This document shows, piece after piece, positions 17,860-27,699 of a DNA stretch of 41,989 nt. The notes under the pieces were generated by a model that saw only the letters and a program-made list of their open reading frames with translations, did not search any database and was not told where the DNA came from. Every line of letters begins with the position of its first letter. Position 1 is the first letter of the stretch. The translations under genes were made by a program, and so were the position numbers. Location of the stretch: the NCBI GenBank assembly GCA_019689695.1, contig JADGHA010000001.1:1-41989 (forward strand), given 5' to 3'. Origin of the DNA: Micromonosporaceae bacterium (GTDB taxonomy: Bacteria > Actinomycetota > Actinomycetes > Mycobacteriales > Micromonosporaceae).

Positions 17860-18795
17860 TCATGTCTCCCGCATCGCCACCACGATGCGCCTTAAACCCT
17901 CCGCCAGGGAGGTCCGCGGCTGCCAGCCCAGCAGCCGCCGCGCCCCACTGCAGTCGACCACCATCGCCGGCAGGTCACCCAGCCGGGCCGGAGCATACTG
18001 GGGCTTTGCGTCGACCCCGACCGCCTGCGCCACCGCCCGGTGCAGCTCCAGGTCGGTCACGCCGGTGCCGGTGCCGACCAGGACCCGCTGCCCGGTGGCG
18101 ACTCCCGGCCGGCCGGCGCGCACGAAAGCGTCGACCACGTCCGCGACGTAGGCGTAGTCCCGCACGTTCGAACCCTCACCGAAGACCCGGGTGGTCCGGC
18201 CGGCGAGCATGGCGTCCCCGAAGATCGCCACCACCCCGGCCTCGCCGTGCGGGTCCTGCCGCGGGCCGTACGTGTTGGTGAGCACCAGCGCCGTGGTGTC
18301 CAGGCCGTGCAGGTCGTGGTACTGCCGCAGGTACAGCTCACCGGCGAGCTTGGACACCGCGTACGGCGACAGCGGGCGGGTCGGCGACTGCTCGGTCACC
18401 GGCAGCCGCGCCGGCGGCCCGAAGATCGCCACGGACGAAGCGAGCACCACCTTGGGCACGCCCGCGCACCGGGCCGCCTCCAGCACCGCCACCGTGCCCA
18501 CCACGTTCGCGTCCACGTCGCGCAGCGGGTCCGCCACGCTGAGCCGCACGTCGATCTGGGCGGCCAGGTGGAAGATCACGTCCGGCTGGGCCGCGCGCAC
18601 CACCGCCAGCAGGTCCGGATCGGTGACGTCCAGCTTGACCAGCTCGCAGCGGCCGCTCGCGGTGGCGGTCGCGAGGTTCTCCGGCCGGCCGTGGCTCAGG
18701 TTGTCGACCGCGGTGACGTGGCCGCCGTCGGCGACCAGGCGGTCGGCGAGGTGGGAGCCGATGAAGCCGGCGCCCCCGGTGACCAGTGCGCGCAC
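17860..18795 (-). CDS. NAD-dependent NDP-sugar epimerase/dehydratase (GalE-like SDR)
   Basis: It has the N-terminal Rossmann motif VTGGAGFIGSHL and the catalytic YxxxK (YAVSKLAGE). 311 aa. Confidence 0.85.
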   Translation of the reverse strand: MRALVTGGAGFIGSHLADRLVADGGHVTAVDNLSHGRPENLATATASGRCELVKLDVTDPDLLAVVRAAQPDVIFHLAAQIDVRLSVADPLRDVDANVVGTVAVLEAARCAGVPKVVLASSVAIFGPPARLPVTEQSPTRPLSPYAVSKLAGELYLRQYHDLHGLDTTALVLTNTYGPRQDPHGEAGVVAIFGDAMLAGRTTRVFGEGSNVRDYAYVADVVDAFVRAGRPGVATGQRVLVGTGTGVTDLELHRAVAQAVGVDAKPQYAPARLGDLPAMVVDCSGARRLLGWQPRTSLAEGLRRIVVAMRET

Positions 18796-18798
18796 GGC

Positions 18799-19845
18799 TC
18801 AGCCCCGCCTCGCCATTCCCGCCCAACCCTGTGCGTCCGCTCCCGGCGCCGGCACCGGCTGCGCGCCGGCGACCGCCTTCCGGTAGACCGCCACCACCCG
18901 CTCGGCGACCGCGAGGGAGTCCAGCCAGACGATGCGTTCCCGCCCGTCGCTGCGGCCTCCGGTGGCGAGCACCTCGGCCAGCGGGGCGGCCAGCGCCTCG
19001 ACGAGGCCGGCCCGGGTCGGCGGGAACGGGACCACCGCCGACGGGGTCACCCCGGCGAGCACCTCGGCCACGTCCCCGACGTCCACGCTCACCACCGGCA
19101 GGCCCATCGCCGCGGCCTCCTTGACCACCATCGGCGAGCCCTCCGCCCCCTGGCGCGAGGTGAACAGCAGGGCGTCCGCGGCGGCCATCTTGGTCGCCAC
19201 CGCCGCCCGGGGCTGGCCCGGCTCGACCAGCACCAGCTCGCGCACGGACATGCCGCGGGCGCGCAGCGCGGCCAGCACATCCAGGAACACGTCGTATCCC
19301 TTGACCGCATTGGCCGGCAGCCCGCCGAACAGCACCACCTTCTCGTCGGTGTCCAGGCGCAGCTGTGCCCGCGCCTGCGCCTGGTCGCGCGGGGTGAACA
19401 GGCTCAGGTCGACCCCGGCCGGGATCACCTCCCCGTCCGCGTCGCCGGCCGCCTCCGCCAGCCGCCGCGACGCGTAGATGCGTGCCGCGTACCCGCGGTC
19501 GCCCAGCCTGGTGATCCGGCGCTGCCAGGGCGTGTTGACGTCGCTGCCGTGCAGCGACAGCACCCGCGGCACCCGGCCGGCGAAGCAGCCGGCGAGCGCG
19601 CTCAGCCCGTAGTGGACGTGCACCACGTCGTACCCGCCCTGCCGGACCCGGCGCCGGACCCGCGGCCCGGCCAGGACGTAGTCCAGCTTGCCGCGCTCCC
19701 GCGCGACCACCTCCACGTCCACCTCGTGCCCCAGGCGGCGCAGCGCGTCCACCTGCTCGGCGACGAAGATGCCCTGGAACCCGCCGTCGACCGGCCAGAG
19801 GTTCGTGACGACGAGGATGCGCAGTGGTCGGTCAAACCCGCTCAA
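18799..19845 (-). CDS. Glycosyltransferase family 4 (GT-B)
   Basis: The conserved core starts at RILVVTNLWP and includes an E-x7-E motif (EGSPMVVKEAAAMGLPVV). The start is set at TTG 19845, overlapping the end of the upstream gene. CTG 19824 is an alternative. I reject the longer 410-aa ORF reading. Confidence 0.75.
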   Translation of the reverse strand: MSGFDRPLRILVVTNLWPVDGGFQGIFVAEQVDALRRLGHEVDVEVVARERGKLDYVLAGPRVRRRVRQGGYDVVHVHYGLSALAGCFAGRVPRVLSLHGSDVNTPWQRRITRLGDRGYAARIYASRRLAEAAGDADGEVIPAGVDLSLFTPRDQAQARAQLRLDTDEKVVLFGGLPANAVKGYDVFLDVLAALRARGMSVRELVLVEPGQPRAAVATKMAAADALLFTSRQGAEGSPMVVKEAAAMGLPVVSVDVGDVAEVLAGVTPSAVVPFPPTRAGLVEALAAPLAEVLATGGRSDGRERIVWLDSLAVAERVVAVYRKAVAGAQPVPAPGADAQGWAGMARRG

Positions 19846-20956
19846 AGTACCCCTCCACCTCGATGACGACCCGGTCCAGCTGCTCGCCGGTGAGCTCCGG
19901 GTAGATGGGCAGGGACAGGCATTCCGCGGCGAACGCCTCGGTGGCGGGCAGGTCGCCGCGCCGGTAGCCGAGACCCGCGTACGCCGGCTGCAGGTGCAGC
20001 GGCACCGGGTAGTGGATGCCCGCGCCGACACCGGCCTCCTTCAGGTGCCTCAGCAACGCGTCCCGGTGCGCGGTGCGGACCACGAAATGGTGGAACACGC
20101 CGCGCCGGCCGGGCGGCTGGGCGAGCACGGTGAGGTCGCCCACCCCGGCCAGCCGCTTGCGGTACGCCGCGGCCAGCTCCCGCCGGCGCTGGTTGTCCTC
20201 GTCCACTGTGGGCAGCTTGGCGCCGAGGACCGCCGCCTGCAGCGTGTCCAGCCGCTCCGCGTACCCGACCACCTGGTGCTCGTACTTGGTGGTCCGGCCG
20301 TGGTCGCGCAGCATCCGCAGCCGGGCGGCGAGGTCGTCGTCGTTGGTGGTGATCGCGCCGGCGTCGCCGAAGGCGCCCAGGTTCTTGCCCGGGTAGAAGG
20401 AGAAACAGCCGGCCACGCCGTACCCGCCCGCCCGCACGACCGTGCCGTCGCCACGGGTGTAGTCCGCGCCGTGCGCCTGGGCGGCGTCCTCCACCAGCGG
20501 CACCCCGGCGTCCTCGGCGATCTCGGCGATCGCCGCCAGGTCGACCGGCTGGCCGTGGATGTGCACCGGCATGATCACCTTGACCTCGCCGGCCACCGCC
20601 TTCAACGCCGCCGGATCCATGCCGCCGGTGGCCGGGTCGATCTCCACGAAGCGGGGCGTCGCGCCCAGCCAGGTGACCGGCTCGGCCGTGGCGATGAAGG
20701 TGTGCGAGGGCACCGCGACTGCGTCGCCGGGGCCGACGCCGAGCGCGTACAGCGTCAGGTGCAGCGCCGCGGTGCCGGAGGCGACGCCGACGGCGTGTTT
20801 CGTGCCGCAGAAGGCAGCGAAGGCCGCCTCGAACTCGGCCACCTCCCGACCCTGGATGAACCGGGTGTTGTCGATGACCTCGCGCATCGCCGCGTCGATC
20901 GCGTCCCGGTGCCGGGCGTACGACGCCTTGAGATCGACCAACGGCACAGTGGACAT
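19832..20956 (-). CDS. DegT/DnrJ/EryC1/StrS-family PLP-dependent sugar aminotransferase
   Basis: ATG at 20956 (MSTVPLVDLKASY). It has the conserved FCGTKHAVGVASGTAALHL and the PLP-lysine region CFSFYPGKNLGAFGDAGAITTND. Confidence 0.9.
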   Translation of the reverse strand: MSTVPLVDLKASYARHRDAIDAAMREVIDNTRFIQGREVAEFEAAFAAFCGTKHAVGVASGTAALHLTLYALGVGPGDAVAVPSHTFIATAEPVTWLGATPRFVEIDPATGGMDPAALKAVAGEVKVIMPVHIHGQPVDLAAIAEIAEDAGVPLVEDAAQAHGADYTRGDGTVVRAGGYGVAGCFSFYPGKNLGAFGDAGAITTNDDDLAARLRMLRDHGRTTKYEHQVVGYAERLDTLQAAVLGAKLPTVDEDNQRRRELAAAYRKRLAGVGDLTVLAQPPGRRGVFHHFVVRTAHRDALLRHLKEAGVGAGIHYPVPLHLQPAYAGLGYRRGDLPATEAFAAECLSLPIYPELTGEQLDRVVIEVEGYFERV

Positions 20957-20961
20957 TCGGG

Positions 20962-21621
20962 TCACTCCTCGTACGGGCGGTGGTCCAGGCCCACCGGGCA
21001 GGCGAGCTCGTCGATGGTCTTCACCTGCCGGGCCGGGGTCCCGATCACCACGGCGCCCGGCGCCACGTCCTTGGTGACCACGGCGCCGGCGCCGACCAGC
21101 GCGCGGGCACCGATGTGGACACCGGGCAGGATGGTGACGTTGGCGCCGATCCGGGCGGCCTGTCCGATCCGGACGCCGGCCATGCACCGGGACACGTCCG
21201 GGCAACGCGGGAACGGCGCGTTGGTCACGGTGACCCGCGGGCCGAGCCAGGCGTCGTCCTCCAGCACGGAGAACTCGGGGATGAAGCAGTGCGAGTGGAT
21301 GCGCACCCGGTCGCCCATCGCCACGTCATGCTCCACAACCGACAGTGAGCCGACCGACACGTCGTCACCGATCCGGTTGTGCTCGCGGATGAGCACGTGG
21401 TGTCCGGTGGCGAACCGTTCGCCGATGGTGTTGCCCGCGTAGAGCACGGTGTGGCTACGGATCGTCGCCCCGGCGCCGATCACGGTGGCCGCGTCGGTCG
21501 GGCCGTGGCGGCCGACCGAGCAGAAGTCCTCGACCACGCCGCCGGCGCCCAGCCGGACCCCGTCCCCCAGCAGGGCCAGCGGGCTGATCCCGTCCGCGGT
21601 GCGGGCGGCGACGGCGGTCAT
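20962..21621 (-). CDS. Hexapeptide-repeat (left-handed beta-helix) sugar N-acetyltransferase, WbpD-like
   Basis: ATG at 21621 overlaps the upstream stop as ATGA. It has repeated [LIV]G-x4 hexapeptides and a segment (AWLGPRVTVTNAPFPR) resembling WbpD/WlbB-type enzymes. Confidence 0.8.
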   Translation of the reverse strand: MTAVAARTADGISPLALLGDGVRLGAGGVVEDFCSVGRHGPTDAATVIGAGATIRSHTVLYAGNTIGERFATGHHVLIREHNRIGDDVSVGSLSVVEHDVAMGDRVRIHSHCFIPEFSVLEDDAWLGPRVTVTNAPFPRCPDVSRCMAGVRIGQAARIGANVTILPGVHIGARALVGAGAVVTKDVAPGAVVIGTPARQVKTIDELACPVGLDHRPYEE

Positions 21622-22655
21622 GCCGGCACCCGCGTACGCGTGCCCGCCACCGGCACCTGGGCGCCGCCGGCCGCCAGCGAGGCGTCCACCGCCTCCAGGA
21701 CGGCGACCACCTGTACCCCGTTCCAGCCGTCGGTGCACGGCCGGCTGCCGGAGCGTACGCACTCCAGGAAGTGGCGCAGCTCCGCGGCCAGCGGCTCGAC
21801 CATCTCCAGCCGCGGCACGTACATCTCGCCGTCACGCAGCCGGTACTGCCAGACCCCGTAGGCGTCCTCCGCGAGCCGGTCGGCGCCCTTGTCGAAGACC
21901 TTCAGCTTCGCGTCGGCGTCCATGTCGTCGTAGACCAGCATCTTCCGGCTGCCCACCACGGTCGTCCGCCGGGTCTTCGACGGGTCCAGCCAGCTGACGT
22001 GCATGTGCGCGAGCACCCCGCCCGGGTAGCCGACGGTGACGAAGGTGACGTCCTCCACCCCCTGCAGGTACCGGGCGCCGCCCGCGGACACCCACTCGGG
22101 ACTGCGCCCGACCAGGAAGTTGGCGATCGAGACGTCGTGTGGGCCGATCGACCAGAACGCGTTGATGTCGCTCTGGATCCGGCCCAGGTTCAGCCGTTGT
22201 GAGTGCAGGTAGAGCAGGTCGCCGATGTCGCCACCGTCGATCAGCTGCTTCATCCGGCGCACCGCGGGAACGAACTCGAAGGTGTGCCCCACCATCAGCA
22301 CCAGCCCGCGCTCCTCGGCGAAGGCGGCCAGCTCGACCGCGTCCGCAGTGGACAGGGCGAGCGGCTTCTCCACCAGCACGTTGCGGCCCGCCTCCAGCAC
22401 CCGCCGGGCCAGCGGCGCGTGGGTGGCCGCCGGGGTGGCGACCACCACCGCGCGCACGTCGTCGTCGGCGAGCACCTTCTCCAGGTCGTCGGTGATCTCC
22501 ACGTGGGAGTGCGACCGGGCGGCGCGCTCGCGCCGCTCCGGGGAGAGCTCGACCAGGTAACGCCACCGGTCCCCGGCCAGCGCCTGCAGGTTGCGGGCCA
22601 GGTTGGGCCCCCAGTACCCGAAGCCGATCAGTGCCACAGCGTCGGTGTCAGTCAC
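21618..22655 (-). CDS. Gfo/Idh/MocA-family NDP-sugar oxidoreductase (WbpB/GnnA-like 3-dehydrogenase)
   Basis: It has the N-terminal Rossmann motif ALIGFGYWGPNLARNL and the EKP motif (VLVEKPLALS). It is in an operon with the aminotransferase and the acetyltransferase. Confidence 0.8.
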   Translation of the reverse strand: MTDTDAVALIGFGYWGPNLARNLQALAGDRWRYLVELSPERRERAARSHSHVEITDDLEKVLADDDVRAVVVATPAATHAPLARRVLEAGRNVLVEKPLALSTADAVELAAFAEERGLVLMVGHTFEFVPAVRRMKQLIDGGDIGDLLYLHSQRLNLGRIQSDINAFWSIGPHDVSIANFLVGRSPEWVSAGGARYLQGVEDVTFVTVGYPGGVLAHMHVSWLDPSKTRRTTVVGSRKMLVYDDMDADAKLKVFDKGADRLAEDAYGVWQYRLRDGEMYVPRLEMVEPLAAELRHFLECVRSGSRPCTDGWNGVQVVAVLEAVDASLAAGGAQVPVAGTRTRVPA

Positions 22656-24360
22656 GGTCTGTCCTCGCTTCGTCGGAGCCGGCCTGGTCGGCCGGGGTGG
22701 CGCGCGGGCCCGGCGATGGCGGCATGGCCAGCTCGCCGCGGCGCAGCCGCAGCCAAGCCAGGCCGAGCACGGTGAACAGCAGGGCCGGGAAGATCGGGTC
22801 TTCCAGGGAGGAGGAGAAGAAGGCGATGATCACGCCGAGGGTCATCGCCGCGGGCGCCCAGTAGGCGACCGGACGCAGCGGTTGTCCGGACCGCACCGGC
22901 CGCCGGCCACCCGGCTGTGCCGCCGCCAGCGCCGGAGGCGCCCGTTCGCCGACGCCGGCGAACCCCCGGCGCTGGCGCACCGAGAGGGCGACGAACGGCG
23001 CGACCAGCAGCGCCAGCCAGGTCAGGTACGCCAGTGAACCGACCGCGCCGGTCTCCACCAGCAGGTGGAGCCAGAACGAGTCCACCTGCTGTGCGTTGAA
23101 GCCGTACATGTTGAAGCCGTGCAGCCCGAACCGCGGGTCAGCCCACCAGCGCGGGTCGTGCTCGGTGGCCACGATCCCGCCGAACTGGCCGACGCCGTAG
23201 CCGAGGAACGGGCGCTTGAGCCACAGGTCGGCGCCCTGCTGGGCGTAGAGCACCCGGATCTCGCGCTGCGGAATCTCGTTCGTGCCGCCGTCACAGTCCT
23301 GGCTGCCCCGCACGCAGTAGTGCGTGCCCTCGTCGCCGCTGCGCACGTCAAAGGCGTGGAACACGCCCGCCACCCGGCGCTGCAGCTCGGCGCGGTTGCT
23401 CGGGCTGACCGCCAGCTGCGCACCGGCGAAGCCGATCACCAGCACGATCGCCACCGCCGCGACCCGCACCACCGGCCAGCCGCCGCGGCGCAGGAGGACG
23501 ATGACGCCGGCCCCGGCGACGAAGCCGATCAGCGACTCGCGGGACTGTGTCGCCGACAGGGCGACCGCCAGCACGGCGAAGACACCCCACAGCCGCCAGC
23601 CGACGGCCGGCCGCTGGCTGCGCCCGGCGCGCTGGACGGGATCGGCCGGGTCAGGCGCGTTCGCGGGCGGGCGGGTCACGAAGTAGGCCAGCAGCCCGAG
23701 CAAGGTCAGCCCGAGCACGTGCCCCAGGTGGTTGGGGTGGTCCAGCAGCGCGTGCGCCCGGTTGAGGCGGGCCCAGGACAGGTTCACCCAGCCGAGCGCG
23801 CGGTAGCTGTTGTAGCCGACGATCATCTGCACGATCGCGATCACCGCATTGACCCCGACCACCGCGCCGACGCCGAACAGCACCCCCCGGACCCGCCGCC
23901 AGTTCGGGTCCGCGGCGCGCCAGGCGTAGAAGACGATCGCGCCGCGCAGGTAGACGAAGGCCGCCTCGCCGATCAGCCGGGGCGGCGAACCACCGGCCAG
24001 CCCGGCGGCGACCAGCGCCACCCCGAGCCCGACCAGCGCCAGATCGGCCCGGGTGAGGAAGTCCCGCCACCGCCGGTCCACCAGGATCTTTGCGCCGGTG
24101 AGCCCGAACAGCAGGAGGTAGACGCCGTTCTTCAGGGTCTTCGGCCACTGCGCCAGGGTCACGATGCGGTTGCCGTTGGAGTCCACACCGCCCCGTTCGG
24201 CCAGCCGCACCTGTATCCAGGACTCGAAGAGCACCTCGATCAGGAGGAAGCCGACCAGGCCGAGCAGCGCCCAGCCGAGCCCTCGGGAAGTCCGAGTGGT
24301 CCACTTCCCTCCAGCCCGCCCGGCCTGCGCCGCCGCGGTGCGCGATCCAGCCACGAGCAT
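22648..24360 (-). CDS. O-antigen ligase / Wzy-like polymerase family membrane protein
   Basis: Polytopic protein with a large loop and the segment LAVALSATQSRESLIGFVAG, typical of the Wzy_C/O-antigen-ligase domain. The start is set at ATG 24360 because GC3 collapses upstream of it within the 650-aa ORF. Confidence 0.6.
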   Translation of the reverse strand: MLVAGSRTAAAQAGRAGGKWTTRTSRGLGWALLGLVGFLLIEVLFESWIQVRLAERGGVDSNGNRIVTLAQWPKTLKNGVYLLLFGLTGAKILVDRRWRDFLTRADLALVGLGVALVAAGLAGGSPPRLIGEAAFVYLRGAIVFYAWRAADPNWRRVRGVLFGVGAVVGVNAVIAIVQMIVGYNSYRALGWVNLSWARLNRAHALLDHPNHLGHVLGLTLLGLLAYFVTRPPANAPDPADPVQRAGRSQRPAVGWRLWGVFAVLAVALSATQSRESLIGFVAGAGVIVLLRRGGWPVVRVAAVAIVLVIGFAGAQLAVSPSNRAELQRRVAGVFHAFDVRSGDEGTHYCVRGSQDCDGGTNEIPQREIRVLYAQQGADLWLKRPFLGYGVGQFGGIVATEHDPRWWADPRFGLHGFNMYGFNAQQVDSFWLHLLVETGAVGSLAYLTWLALLVAPFVALSVRQRRGFAGVGERAPPALAAAQPGGRRPVRSGQPLRPVAYWAPAAMTLGVIIAFFSSSLEDPIFPALLFTVLGLAWLRLRRGELAMPPSPGPRATPADQAGSDEARTDRD

Positions 24361-24499
24361 TACCTGGTTCCCCGCGAAGTCGTACGGCACACGAAGGTCG
24401 GCGGCAGGAACGGGCAGCACCCGCCCATACCACGGTGGTTGTTCAACGGGACCGTGAATTGGGAGCGTGACGGCGGGGATGCCGGCGAGAAGACCGTCT

Positions 24500-26047
24500 T
24501 CACCGTCCGGCACCCGCCCCTCGCGCCCCGGCGAGCAGCGCCCGCAGGTCGCCGCGCAGCAGGGCGAGTGCGAGCAGCGCCGCGACCAGGGCCGTCGCAA
24601 TATCTACTGTGGACCGCGCCGGGCCGTCCGGGCCCATCACGTCCAGCAGGTAGCCGACCAGCAGCGCGCCGACCACACAGCTGACCGCGCGGAGCAGCGG
24701 GCCGGCCCAGGGCATCCGGTGCACCCGCCAGACGGTGACGATCGGGCCGAGCGCGGTCACCGCGGTGCCCAGCAGGTAGCCCAGGCCCACCCCGGCCGCG
24801 CCGAGCGGGCGGCCGAGCCCGGCCACCACGGCCAGCCCGGCCAGACAGCCGAGCACGCCGAAGGCCACCGGCACCCTGACGTGCGCCCCGCTGGACAGGG
24901 CGTTGACCGCGGCCACCTGGATCACCGCCAGGTAGGTCGCGCCGAGCAGCAGGCGCAGCACCTCGCCGCCTGCGGCGTAACTTGAGCCGCCGAACAGCAT
25001 CAGCACCTCCCGGGCGAGCAGCACGCCGAGCACGAAGACCGGCGCCAGCGGCACGACCAGGCCGCGGGTGGAGAGGTCCGCGTGCCGGCGCACGTCGGCC
25101 AGGTCGCCCGCGCCGTGGGCCCGGGCCATCGCCGGGAACAGCACCAGCCCCAGTGCCCTGGGCAGGAAGTACGCGGGCGCGACCAGGGTCACCGCGGCGG
25201 CGAAGTAGGCGACCTCGGTGGGTGCCGCAAACCGGTGCGCGAGCAGCTGGGTGCCCTGCAGGAACCCCATCGAGGACAGCGTGCCAACTCCGGCCAAAGC
25301 CACGTAGCGGACGATTTCCCGCCGGTCAGCATCCAAACGCGCTCCGAGGCGGCCGCCGTGCCCCATCCTCCCGGCGCCGCGGGACTCCGACCGCAGCCGC
25401 CGCCAGGCACCGATGGAGAACAGCGAGTAGCCCAACGCGAGCGGGATCAGGTACAGCCGCCAGCCGGCGAGCACCACCAGCACGGTGGCCGCGATGGCCA
25501 GCACGGCACAGGTGAGCTCCAGCCGGACGTACGTGGTCACCTCGCCGAACCCGTACAGCGTCGATTTCTGCACGCTGTAGACGGAGAACGCCGCGCACAG
25601 CACCCCCACCTGGACGGTGTCCTCGACGCCGAGGTGGAGGGCGACCATCGCGCCGAGCGCCGCGCCGGCGCCCAACAGGACGGATCCGGTCAGGCCGATG
25701 CGGAACAGGAAGCGGTGTACCGCGCGCGCGGTGGCCGGATCCTGGCGACCCTGGTGGTACGGGATGAACTTGGCGGCGGCGCTGGCCACCCCGGCGGGCA
25801 GCAGCAGGCTGGCGATCGTGCTGACCGCGATCAGCGAGCCGACCAGGCCGTAGGTCTGCCGGTCGGTGGCCCGGCTGACCAGCGAGCCGTGCACCAGCCG
25901 GGTCAGCCCGAGTGCGACCAGCGCGGCCATCGACAGCGCGCCGGACCGAACCAGGCCGCCCCGCGCGCCGGCCGGGGCCACCCGGCTGGCGGTTGCTCCC
26001 CCAGCCCCCTTCGCCACCCGCCCGCACTCAGCCACCGGGACGCCCAC
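24500..26047 (-). CDS. Wzx-like polysaccharide flippase (MOP superfamily)
   Basis: 515 aa with about 12-14 hydrophobic helices and basic loops, in the position usual for a flippase in a glycan cluster. The start may be a little downstream of 26047, which overlaps the preceding gene by 20 nt. Confidence 0.65.
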   Translation of the reverse strand: MGVPVAECGRVAKGAGGATASRVAPAGARGGLVRSGALSMAALVALGLTRLVHGSLVSRATDRQTYGLVGSLIAVSTIASLLLPAGVASAAAKFIPYHQGRQDPATARAVHRFLFRIGLTGSVLLGAGAALGAMVALHLGVEDTVQVGVLCAAFSVYSVQKSTLYGFGEVTTYVRLELTCAVLAIAATVLVVLAGWRLYLIPLALGYSLFSIGAWRRLRSESRGAGRMGHGGRLGARLDADRREIVRYVALAGVGTLSSMGFLQGTQLLAHRFAAPTEVAYFAAAVTLVAPAYFLPRALGLVLFPAMARAHGAGDLADVRRHADLSTRGLVVPLAPVFVLGVLLAREVLMLFGGSSYAAGGEVLRLLLGATYLAVIQVAAVNALSSGAHVRVPVAFGVLGCLAGLAVVAGLGRPLGAAGVGLGYLLGTAVTALGPIVTVWRVHRMPWAGPLLRAVSCVVGALLVGYLLDVMGPDGPARSTVDIATALVAALLALALLRGDLRALLAGARGAGAGR

Positions 26048-27383
26048 GCGTCCCCATGGGCCCGCGGCGCCTCGCGAGGTGGGCCCGCCGCCCGGCGGCC
26101 AGCCGATCGATCACCTCGAAGTAGGTCAGCTTCTGCTGGCTCCACCGCAGCCGGCGCATCACCTCGCCGGCCCGCTTCGCCTGGTCCGCGGCGCGGGCCG
26201 GGTCGCGGGCCAGCTCGCGCATCGCCGCACGCAGGTTCTGCGGGCTGGCCGGGTCGACGTAGTACACCGCGTCGGGCGGGAAGTACTGCTCGATGACCCG
26301 GTTCCGGAAGGTGATCACCGGAATGCCGAGCGTTGCGTACTCCAGCAGCTTGGTGGGCAGCACATCGTCGGTCCAGGGATCCAGCACGCTCGGCACCAGT
26401 CCGATGTGGACCCGCTCCAGCTCGGAGACGATCTCGTTCACCGGGTACAGCCGCTCCGGCAGGTCGACCGAGCCGGCCAGCCCGAGCTCGGCCACCTGCG
26501 CCCGCAGGTCGTCCAGGCCGTCCCCACTGCCGCGCACCTGCAGCCGAGCGCCCGGCAGCTCCTCGCGCAGGGCGGCCAGTGCCCGTACCACGCTGGCCAG
26601 CCCTTGACGGGGCGCGATCAGGCCGTGGTAGCTGAACACCACCTCCCCGTCCGGGTCCCAGGTGCGTGGCTCGTCGCGGGGTGCGAACACCCGTTCGTCC
26701 GGGCAGTTCATCACCACGGTGACCGGCCGGCGGGTGCGCTCGCGCATCAGCTCGGCGTACGGCTCGTGCACGGTCAGCACCTCGGTGGCGAACCGCATCG
26801 CCAGCCGCTCGGACAAACGCACCGCGGCCATGAGCCCCGGCCGGCCGGCGAACTTGGACGCGAACAGCCTCGACGTCAGGTCGTGCACGTCCAGCAGCAG
26901 CGGTACGCCGAACAGCCGCTGGACGGCGCAGGCGAAGACCAGCGCCTCCGGCATCGAGTGCGCCTGCAGCACGTCAAACGCGCGCGGGCGGCGGGACAGC
27001 CACGCCGCGGCCCGCGCGCCGAACCCGCCGTACAGGGACAGGTACGCCCTCGCGGAGCTGCCCCGGTACTTGCGGATGGGCAGGTGCACCACGCGTACTC
27101 CGTCCAGTCTTTCCACCATCGGCCTGCCGGGCGCGTCAAGCGCCAGCACGGTCACCTCGTCACCGCGCGCCGCCAGCGCCTCGGCCTGCCGCCGTACCCG
27201 CGGATCGGACTCGTACTCGCTGATCACCACCATGCCGACGCGCAGCGGGCGCCGGCCCGGACCGGGCGGCCGCCCGGGCCGGTCCAGGGGCGTCGGCTCA
27301 TCCGGTGGCAGGGCGGGCGCGGTCACGGCGCGAGGATAGGCAGGCTGGCAGCGGTCCCTCGGCCGTTTGGCGAACATCGGCAT
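26028..27383 (-). CDS. Glycosyltransferase family 4 (GT-B); start uncertain
   Basis: The core runs from LRVGMVVISEYESDPRVRRQAEAL, followed by a C-terminal sugar-donor domain (LPTKLLEYATLGIPVI). The first ~50 aa are Pro/Arg-rich, so an internal start (for example ATG near 27233) is possible. Confidence 0.75.
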   Translation of the reverse strand: MPMFAKRPRDRCQPAYPRAVTAPALPPDEPTPLDRPGRPPGPGRRPLRVGMVVISEYESDPRVRRQAEALAARGDEVTVLALDAPGRPMVERLDGVRVVHLPIRKYRGSSARAYLSLYGGFGARAAAWLSRRPRAFDVLQAHSMPEALVFACAVQRLFGVPLLLDVHDLTSRLFASKFAGRPGLMAAVRLSERLAMRFATEVLTVHEPYAELMRERTRRPVTVVMNCPDERVFAPRDEPRTWDPDGEVVFSYHGLIAPRQGLASVVRALAALREELPGARLQVRGSGDGLDDLRAQVAELGLAGSVDLPERLYPVNEIVSELERVHIGLVPSVLDPWTDDVLPTKLLEYATLGIPVITFRNRVIEQYFPPDAVYYVDPASPQNLRAAMRELARDPARAADQAKRAGEVMRRLRWSQQKLTYFEVIDRLAAGRRAHLARRRGPMGTRGRPGG

Positions 27384-27699
27384 AACCTTTTGCCGGGTAG
27401 CCTCCGGCCGGTCTCACTCCCGTCACCCGCAGGCCAACCGCGGCCGGCTCGGGCGACACGACGTGCCGGTCGTAGGTGCGCGACAGCACCCAGTTGGACG
27501 ACCTCCGCCGTGGTGCGCGGCACATCACGTACCAGCCGGTGCTCCAGCTCCGACAGCCGATGCTCGCCGGGCTCGGTCGCCGTAAACCGCGGGGCGGAGT
27601 CCTCCCCGATGGGTGAATCTGTGGTGAGAACTCACCGACCCCGGGCTTTGCGCCACTTCCACCACTTCGACCCGGATGTTCTGCCAGTGTAGATCACAT

